Below are positions 1 to 6,939 of a stretch of DNA of 64,000 nucleotides, one piece after another. The notes under the pieces were generated by a model that ran no database searches, was not told the origin of the DNA, and worked only from the letters and a program-made list of their open reading frames with translations. The stretch covers positions 118,758-182,757 of IMG/VR virus record IMGVR_UViG_3300022701_000122. One strand, given 5' to 3'. Position 1 is the stretch's first letter. Each line of letters opens with the position of its first letter. The translations under genes were made by a program, and so were the position numbers. Source of the DNA: a virus.

Positions 1-60
1 TGGTCAGACACAGATCTTCATTTTATATAAACCAAGATGAAGAAGAAACTGCGTAAATGA

Positions 61-106
61 ATGGGCATGAATTCTTAAGTTAATTCATGCCCATTTATTT
101 TTTTTT
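61..106 (+). terminator. Rho-independent terminator
   Basis: ATGGGCATGAATT / AATTCATGCCCAT inverted repeat followed by a T tract. Confidence 0.8.
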
Positions 107-121
107 GAAAAATGTGTAAAA

Positions 122-135
122 ATGAAGGACAAACT
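122..135 (+). promoter_or_regulatory. Candidate phage promoter motif ATGAAGGACAAACT
   Basis: Identical 14-mer at 3986..3999; both copies lie just after a terminator and before a beta-prime transcription unit. Confidence 0.5.
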
Positions 136-161
136 GTAAATTTGTATATAAAGGAGAATAT

Positions 162-563
162 ATGAAAGAAATAGATATATTAAAAGATATTGTGCGTAGT
201 AAAGGAATTATTACAGAACAAGAATTTATGAGTAAGAAATCGAATAGAGTAAGATTACATTCAACCAATCCAAAATCATTTTTAGCTGTTGGTAAAAATG
301 GAACACCAAGATTTCCAATAGTTAATCAATATAACGCTGTATCTATGTCTACATTAAAAAGAAGTTTAGCAGCAGCAAGAAGACAGAGATCAATAGCTCA
401 AAATAAAAGTAAGTATCAAAAAATAATTGATAAATTAAAAGTTTATATAAATAGAATTGAAAAAAGAACGAATACTTATCCAGTATCTTATAAGATAGAT
501 AATGCATTAAAAAATATATTGAATAAAGGTATGAAAAAAACACTCATAAAAATAGGCGAATAG
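162..563 (+). CDS. Basic hypothetical protein
   Basis: ORF with AAGGAG SD; no recognisable motif. Confidence 0.75.
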   Translation: MKEIDILKDIVRSKGIITEQEFMSKKSNRVRLHSTNPKSFLAVGKNGTPRFPIVNQYNAVSMSTLKRSLAAARRQRSIAQNKSKYQKIIDKLKVYINRIEKRTNTYPVSYKIDNALKNILNKGMKKTLIKIGE

Positions 564-573
564 GTTAATTGAT

Positions 574-1500
574 ATGATAAATGTAATAAATGTAAATAAG
601 TTTATTCGTGAAGGAAAATTGAAGGGTCCGATAACGAGTCCTCAAATATTCATGGGTAAATCTTATACACCACATCCAGAAGGGTTACATAGCGAAGAAA
701 TATTTGGATTAGACGGTTCACCGGAAAGAAGAAATTCGATGTCGTGGATTGATTTGAACTGTAATGTAATACATCCAGTATTTTATGATATTGTATCTAA
801 ACAAATAGAGAAAAAAATTGTTAAACTAATATCTAATGAAGAAATGTTTACTATAAATGAAGAGACAGGTGAACTTGTTCAAGACGAAGAAGGGGAATTA
901 ACTGGATTTTCAAGTTTTGTTAAAAATATAGATAAAATAAAATTTAGAAGAGCAGAAGAAGGATCAAAAGGTAATAGAAATAAGGTAGTTAGTGTTTTAG
1001 AAAAAAATATTAAGAATAATACATTTTTTATAAATAAATTGATAGTTATTGCACCAGACTATAGACCAATATTTTATTCAGAATCGGATGATCGACCAAC
1101 AATCGATGAGTTAAATGATATATATAAAAGTATTATAATATTATCTAATCAATTAAAAAGTGTATCTGGACCATTATTTGACATACTTAGCTATAAAATG
1201 CAGATGTATATGAAAGAATTGTTTGAATGGGTTAAATCGAAAGTGAGTAAAAAACACGGTATAATAAGAAGAATGATGCTTGGTAAACGAGTAGATTTTT
1301 CTGCTCGATCTGTTATATCACCAAATCCAAATCTTAAACTTGGTGAAGTTGGAATACCACTTAATACGGCGTGTGGTTTATTTGAACCAAATTTGATATA
1401 TGGTATAGTAAATTCTCCGTATTCCAAAGATATACCAGATGAATTTCATGAAGAAGTTAAATCATTTTTGGGTAAAGAATTACTTCCTGATTTAACGTAA
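574..1500 (+). CDS. rpoC: Multisubunit RNA polymerase beta-prime, N-terminal part
   Basis: GLHSEEIFG, VIAPDYRP and GKRVDFSARSVISPNPNLKLGEVGIP are conserved beta-prime segments; the ORF ends before the NRQP/NADFDGD region. Confidence 0.93.
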   Translation: MINVINVNKFIREGKLKGPITSPQIFMGKSYTPHPEGLHSEEIFGLDGSPERRNSMSWIDLNCNVIHPVFYDIVSKQIEKKIVKLISNEEMFTINEETGELVQDEEGELTGFSSFVKNIDKIKFRRAEEGSKGNRNKVVSVLEKNIKNNTFFINKLIVIAPDYRPIFYSESDDRPTIDELNDIYKSIIILSNQLKSVSGPLFDILSYKMQMYMKELFEWVKSKVSKKHGIIRRMMLGKRVDFSARSVISPNPNLKLGEVGIPLNTACGLFEPNLIYGIVNSPYSKDIPDEFHEEVKSFLGKELLPDLT

Positions 1501-1519
1501 TAATAAAGGCGATTAAAAA

Positions 1520-2200
1520 ATGTATATATCAGAACAGTATTTAAATGAATTATCTTATTTCGTAACGCCATACGTTAAAAAATTAATAAATAATATCCCA
1601 ACTGTTACTAAAAAAGATTTCATTGGCAATGTTGAGCCAGGAGATATTGTTCTTGGATTTTCGCCAAGAGAACTGAAAACGGTAAGAACATCTAAGATAA
1701 TTGCATCTGTTCAACGATCACCATATACTACTTCAAAAATTGTTGCTGATAATAAGACTATTATTGGATATGGAGTTAAGGCAGTCAATACAGTTGATGA
1801 AAATTTTCTTAGAACATATCAATTAAGAAATTTATTAATTGAACGACATGAATTATGTTTAATTAGAATAAATGATGCTACACTTACACAAAAAAGAAAA
1901 GCTATAGATTTTTGTTTAAATAGACTTGGACTTGAATATAATTCTTCTGATTTATTGAAAACTATATGGAATGTTTTTACACGAAAGAAACTATTTCCAT
2001 TTTTTAGAAATGAACCATTGGAGAAAAAAGAAGTAGATAATTTACAAAGACCACTTTTTTGTTCTTCTATTATTGCATTGGGTTATTGGTATGCCGGATA
2101 TAAACATAAATTTAATGGTAAGAGTCCATACGAACTTTGGCCTATTGATTTTTTAATTGATGATAATACAACTGGTGTTTGTAGAGTGGAGCAATTATAA
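1520..2200 (+). CDS. Permuted papain-like (YiiX/YebB-type NlpC/P60) protein with N-terminal MYISEQYLNE tag
   Basis: VEPGDIVL...LGLEYN...LFCSSII..GY...P.DF order; the expected His (YSHVG) reads YTTSK. Confidence 0.65.
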   Translation: MYISEQYLNELSYFVTPYVKKLINNIPTVTKKDFIGNVEPGDIVLGFSPRELKTVRTSKIIASVQRSPYTTSKIVADNKTIIGYGVKAVNTVDENFLRTYQLRNLLIERHELCLIRINDATLTQKRKAIDFCLNRLGLEYNSSDLLKTIWNVFTRKKLFPFFRNEPLEKKEVDNLQRPLFCSSIIALGYWYAGYKHKFNGKSPYELWPIDFLIDDNTTGVCRVEQL

Positions 2201-2219
2201 AAAATAAAGGATAATCGTA

Positions 2220-2507
2220 ATGATGGATTTTTTTAAAGAACGTCACATTTATGATAAGTTAGTAGATGATAACGTATTAGTATGGGAAAGTCATGAAGAT
2301 GATGTAGATTATTTTGTAAAATGGACGAGAGTAAGTGATAATGAACACAGAATAAGAGAACATGTGCCAGTTAATAGATGTAATACATTTGGTCAATCAA
2401 GATTAAGTTTAAATTTTTTAAAAAAAGGAAAATATCAAATAGATATAACTGCATATAGTGAAAAAGGTCTTCAGAGTGATAAGTCATCTATTTTATTGTC
2501 AATATAA
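2220..2507 (+). CDS. Small fibronectin-III-like protein
   Basis: VWE...DYFVKW...KYQIDITAYSEKGLQS pattern. Confidence 0.5.
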   Translation: MMDFFKERHIYDKLVDDNVLVWESHEDDVDYFVKWTRVSDNEHRIREHVPVNRCNTFGQSRLSLNFLKKGKYQIDITAYSEKGLQSDKSSILLSI

Positions 2508-2566
2508 CAAACATTTTTATTAGTTAATGTCAATAGTATAAACACTGGTAAGAAAGGATTAAAGAA

Positions 2567-2971
2567 ATGAAGAAATTAAATTTTACATTAATTTTATTGC
2601 CGATTATTGTTGTTTGTTTTATGGTTTCCCCATTATTTGCTGCAACTGTAACATTAACATGGAATCAACCAAATGAATCGGAAGAAAATATTACGGAATG
2701 GGAAGTGTTTTGGGGATACGAGGGTAGAGGTGGAAACGGTGAAGAGTTTGTATACCAATTTAATCCAACCACAAATTCAGAATTACTTGTGACTGAGAAA
2801 ACATGCGTTATAGAAAATGTAGATAATGGAAAACAGACATTTTATGCAGTTAGAGCCAAATCTGGAGAAGTAAGAAGTTTTTATTCAGAAGAAGTATCAA
2901 CTACTATTCCATTATCAAGTCCATCTGGAATTCAGATTAATATATCGATAACGATTACAACAAATCCATAA
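2567..2971 (+). CDS. Secreted fibronectin-III domain protein
   Basis: Signal peptide (MKK + hydrophobic stretch + FAA), then VTLTWNQP...WEVFWG...FYAVRA...SFYSEEV. Confidence 0.7.
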   Translation: MKKLNFTLILLPIIVVCFMVSPLFAATVTLTWNQPNESEENITEWEVFWGYEGRGGNGEEFVYQFNPTTNSELLVTEKTCVIENVDNGKQTFYAVRAKSGEVRSFYSEEVSTTIPLSSPSGIQINISITITTNP

Positions 2972-3012
2972 ATAATTAATAGTAATTATATAATAAATAA
3001 AATGGGTGATTT

Positions 3013-3516
3013 ATGTTTTTATCAGAAGAATGCATCAATGAAAAAATAAATTTAAGTGAAGGAAAATTTTGGGAATGGTTAAAGAAAGTATTCTATGATC
3101 ATAATCCAAGACATCCACGAATGGTAGAATTAAATCAAGATTATTATGAATATATTTGGCATTGTAAAAGAGATCATCGAGATACAACGATGAAAGCAAA
3201 TATTCCAATTGGTAATGATACTGAAATAAAAATGGATTACGATGAAGAAAATATTCAAAAGACTGCATGTGTTCTTGAAGCACGTATTGAATATTTAGAA
3301 GGAATAATAGCTGTTATAGAGGAGGAAGGTATAGAGGAAGTTTGTCAATATAATAAATATAAATCGGAATGTCACAATGTATCACGTAATCTTCTTAGAG
3401 CATCAAAAATACGATTAAAACATGATAAAAAATATCTGCAAGGAATAAAATCTGGAAGGGTAAAACCAAGACGAGATTTTAAAGCAGAATTAGATAATGC
3501 CAAATATATAATTTAA
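3013..3516 (+). CDS. Hypothetical protein with N-terminal tag (MFLSEECINE)
   Basis: ORF; tag variant. Confidence 0.75.
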   Translation: MFLSEECINEKINLSEGKFWEWLKKVFYDHNPRHPRMVELNQDYYEYIWHCKRDHRDTTMKANIPIGNDTEIKMDYDEENIQKTACVLEARIEYLEGIIAVIEEEGIEEVCQYNKYKSECHNVSRNLLRASKIRLKHDKKYLQGIKSGRVKPRRDFKAELDNAKYII

Positions 3517-3533
3517 AATGAGAATAATAAAAA

Positions 3534-3899
3534 ATGTTTATATCAGAACAATACTTAACTGAAATGTCTGTTACTGTAAAATATAAACGAAAATTATTTG
3601 ATGCTATTGTTTGCCCAAATAGTGGCTTATATTTTTTAGCTGATTTTAATGATTGGTCTATAGAATGGGCTGAATATGTTGCTCTTGAAGAAGATATAGA
3701 TAAAATAACTGAAGATCATTGGAAAGTAATTCATTTTATTCGAAGTTATTACTCTAAATATAATAGACCACCACGTTTAAGAACAATATTTCGTAAAACT
3801 GGATTTAAGTTAATGCATATTTATGAACTATTCCCAAATGGTCCTGGTCGTGGTGCTGGACGAATGGCTGGACTCCCATATAAACAACTTCCGATATAA
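3534..3899 (+). CDS. dsrC: DsrC/TusE-family protein lacking both C-terminal cysteines, with MFISEQYLTE tag
   Basis: FNDWSIEWAEY...ITEDHWKVIHFIRSYY...TGFKLMHIYELFPNGPGRGAGRMAGLP matches DsrC (YELFPSGPGKGACKMAGLPKPTGCV). Confidence 0.9.
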   Translation: MFISEQYLTEMSVTVKYKRKLFDAIVCPNSGLYFLADFNDWSIEWAEYVALEEDIDKITEDHWKVIHFIRSYYSKYNRPPRLRTIFRKTGFKLMHIYELFPNGPGRGAGRMAGLPYKQLPI

Positions 3900-3928
3900 T
3901 ACATAAATAAAAGTTCAGATAATTTAAT

Positions 3929-3968
3929 AAAGCGTATCTATTTTATAATAGATACGCTTTATTTTTTT
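3929..3968 (+). terminator. Rho-independent terminator
   Basis: AAAGCGTATCTATT / AATAGATACGCTTT hairpin plus T tract. Confidence 0.8.
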
Positions 3969-3985
3969 AATAAAATTAAGGAAAT

Positions 3986-3999
3986 ATGAAGGACAAACT
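3986..3999 (+). promoter_or_regulatory. Candidate phage promoter motif ATGAAGGACAAACT
   Basis: Second identical copy, upstream of the C-terminal beta-prime gene. Confidence 0.5.
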
Positions 4000-4089
4000 A
4001 CAAATGAATATATTAATATAATCTAAATAAAATAAGATAATAATATATATAGTTACAACAACGCTATTTAAACAATGAGAGGTCTAAAT

Positions 4090-6858
4090 ATGGCGGTTGA
4101 GAAAATAACAACGGAAGAAGCAAGAAACATATTGTTAATGATGAGTCAAGGGTATAAAGTTCCAAAAATTGTAAAAGATGTAATATTTAAAGTTGCTAAG
4201 ACGGAGATAGAAGATAAAGGGAGAGTCGTAATTATAAAACGCGACCCAAATGTGGGATCACGTCGTATGCAGGGTATGTATGCTAAAATAGTTGATGGTA
4301 GTACTATGGAAATACATCCTGCTATCGTCGGTGGGTTTGGCGCAGATTTTGATGGTGACACCGTTAGGTGCAGACTTCGATGCACTTGTAAATTTGAGAA
4401 AAACGAAACAGGACATACTGTGAATCACGAATGTCATATAGGAGAAATTTTATCTGTTACTAATGCATTTGAGTTTTACAGTAAAGAAGAAAAAAGAAAT
4501 GGTATATTGGTATCGAAATATAAGCCTAAAAAAGGTTATACTGTAAAAATAAAAGCCATTGATATTGAAACTGGCAATGTTGAGATGAAAAATGTTTCTG
4601 AATATTCTATCCACGAATTTATAAAATTATACAAGATAGAAGATACAAAAGATAGATTTGAAACGATTCATGCTTCTTCAGATCATTCATTAATCGTTTA
4701 TGACGATAATGATAAACAGATTAAGAAAATTTCTCCTATAGACTTGTTGGAAAATCTTAATAATAGATATTTAATCAAAGAAAATAATAATACTAAATCA
4801 AATCATTTAAATGATATATCTATACAAAAACTGCAAGAAATGGGATTAGAATTAATACCAGTTTCAGAAGTTAATATAGAGTATGATCCAGATGAAACAA
4901 CTGGATATGATTTAACAGTAGATGATTTCTATACATTTGCAACTCATGATGGTTTATTTATTCAAGATACAATGGCTGTTTATCATCCAATTTCAAATGA
5001 AGCCCAAAAAGAAGTCAAAGATAAAATGATTTCTACATATGGTATAGAAGGATTAAATAAACCAAATTTTGAGTTATCAAAAGAAATGTTGACTGGTATT
5101 TTCACTCTTACATATGATGAGAATAAAAAATCTCAAATCAAAACTATAAAAAAAGCAGATGAAGCGAATACGTTACCCATTGATCAACGTGTTAAATTCA
5201 ATGATATAGAAACAACTGCTGGTAGAGTTGTATTTAATAGTAATTTACCAAAATATATTCCATTTGTTAATGAACCAATTGATAAAAAGAAATTAAATGG
5301 AATACTTGCAGGTATATTAGAAAAAAGTATTCAAGACAATGCCACTACAATTGATAAATTAATGAGAATTGGATTTTTTTATGCTACTGTATACCCAAAA
5401 ACTATGTCTATCGATATGATGAAATTAAATCCAAAACTTATTAAACTTAAACAAAAATTAGCCAATGAAGAAGATATTGCCAGACAAATGGATATTCAGA
5501 ATGAAATGGAATCTGAAATGTTGAAATATCTTGAAAAAAATCATAGCGATATTTTTTATATGGTTAAAAGTGGTGGAGCTAAAGGGAGTAATCAGATACG
5601 TCAATTAATGGTTGCGAAGGGATTAACATCAGACCCAATGGGAAATGTTATACCAGCAATTTCTACCAGTATTTCTGATGGTTATTCTCCAGAAGAATAT
5701 TTTAAAGTGTCTGCTGCTGGAAGGAAGGGTATAATTGATAGAGCATTAAACACCGCTAACGGTGGATATGCTTATAGAAAATTTATCTTCTTAATGGCGA
5801 ATGTTGAAGCAGATATAAATATTGGTGATTGTGATACTCCAAGAACATTAGATATCAAACTAACTAATGAATTGATGAAAAGAATGCCTGGAAGATATGT
5901 ATATAATAATAGTAATAAGATAATTCCCATTAATGAAAAAATGATTGGAAATGTTATAAAATTAAGATCTCCAATATTCTGTAGATCACAAAAGATTTGT
6001 AGAATTTGTTATGGTGATTTATTGAAACAATTGAAGAGTAAAAATGTAGGTATTCTGGCTAGTATGACCTGCACCAGCCTTTCAGAGCGCATAATGAAAG
6101 CATTTCATCTTGGTGGTGCTGTTATATTAAATAGAGTTGATATTATAAATGAAATTATGGATAATTTAAATGATGATATGTTGCAAAAAGTTAAATCATT
6201 AGTTCATCAGAAGGAAGATGACTTATTCAATGATTCTGAATTTGCAACTATAAGAATAGATAAAAATATATATAATTCAACTATACCATCAAATAGAATA
6301 GTCGAAGAACATGGTTTTATAAAATTAGTAGTTGGTCATTTTACATTATCTTTAGATGGGTTTGAAATAAATGTTGAAATAGAACAACCAGTTAAAATAT
6401 ATATTCCAGAAGAACGAGAAGATAATGATAATATAATATCTTGTATGTACGCAAAAGGAGATAAATTATTTAGAATTGAATCAATAAGAGAAGATTTTTC
6501 AAAATTGGCTCAGAATCTTGATGGGTTGGTTGCTGGAAAGTCTCCGTGGTCAAGTATTCCCGGTATATATAAGAAATTTTATAAACAGTTAAGTGTTGTT
6601 GGATCATGGGATTCAGTTCATTTAGAAACTATTATTTCAAATGTATTGAGAGCAAAGCGTAATCCACAAAAACCAGCAAGATTGGTTGAACCATTTGATC
6701 CAGATTTTTATTCAATTAAGAGATTGCCAGGAATGATGTCATGGCCCCTTGGCGTAGCCCTCGAAAATTTTTCTGTGGGGTTGCAAAGTGGGCTATGTGA
6801 GGATCGTGCTCCATCATCTCAAATTGAAAAAGTATTATTTGGAGAACCATTGTATTAA
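4090..6858 (+). CDS. rpoC: RNA polymerase beta-prime, catalytic/C-terminal part, intein-containing
   Basis: GADFDGD|intein|TMAVYHP; TTAGRVVFN; SGGAKG; GRKGIIDRALNTANGGYAYRK; ICRICYG; trigger-loop-like ERIMKAFHLGG. Start placed at MAVEK after a GAGGT SD (the ORF track starts at 4075). Confidence 0.93.
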   Translation: MAVEKITTEEARNILLMMSQGYKVPKIVKDVIFKVAKTEIEDKGRVVIIKRDPNVGSRRMQGMYAKIVDGSTMEIHPAIVGGFGADFDGDTVRCRLRCTCKFEKNETGHTVNHECHIGEILSVTNAFEFYSKEEKRNGILVSKYKPKKGYTVKIKAIDIETGNVEMKNVSEYSIHEFIKLYKIEDTKDRFETIHASSDHSLIVYDDNDKQIKKISPIDLLENLNNRYLIKENNNTKSNHLNDISIQKLQEMGLELIPVSEVNIEYDPDETTGYDLTVDDFYTFATHDGLFIQDTMAVYHPISNEAQKEVKDKMISTYGIEGLNKPNFELSKEMLTGIFTLTYDENKKSQIKTIKKADEANTLPIDQRVKFNDIETTAGRVVFNSNLPKYIPFVNEPIDKKKLNGILAGILEKSIQDNATTIDKLMRIGFFYATVYPKTMSIDMMKLNPKLIKLKQKLANEEDIARQMDIQNEMESEMLKYLEKNHSDIFYMVKSGGAKGSNQIRQLMVAKGLTSDPMGNVIPAISTSISDGYSPEEYFKVSAAGRKGIIDRALNTANGGYAYRKFIFLMANVEADINIGDCDTPRTLDIKLTNELMKRMPGRYVYNNSNKIIPINEKMIGNVIKLRSPIFCRSQKICRICYGDLLKQLKSKNVGILASMTCTSLSERIMKAFHLGGAVILNRVDIINEIMDNLNDDMLQKVKSLVHQKEDDLFNDSEFATIRIDKNIYNSTIPSNRIVEEHGFIKLVVGHFTLSLDGFEINVEIEQPVKIYIPEEREDNDNIISCMYAKGDKLFRIESIREDFSKLAQNLDGLVAGKSPWSSIPGIYKKFYKQLSVVGSWDSVHLETIISNVLRAKRNPQKPARLVEPFDPDFYSIKRLPGMMSWPLGVALENFSVGLQSGLCEDRAPSSQIEKVLFGEPLY
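4360..4968 (+). mobile_element. Mini-intein (203 aa, no endonuclease) in the beta-prime active-site motif
   Basis: Removing it restores ADFDGD-TMAVYH; block B IHASSDHSLIV; blocks F/G GYDLTVDDFYTFATHDGLFIQD; +1 Thr. Confidence 0.85.
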
Positions 6859-6867
6859 AAATTACCA

Positions 6868-6879
6868 TATATATTAAAT
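6868..6879 (+). promoter_or_regulatory. TATATATTAAAT candidate promoter
   Basis: One of 8 exact intergenic copies found by eye. Confidence 0.55.
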
Positions 6880-6939
6880 AATAAAGAGATGTTCTCATCA
6901 TTATTTTTTCATTGTTTAATATATAAGGAGAGTTATATT

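Noticed and set aside
1501-4089. Self-splicing intron separating the beta-prime halves
   Set aside because: The gap holds six ordinary genes and a terminator, the C-half has its own SD and start, and no group I/II core motifs were seen.
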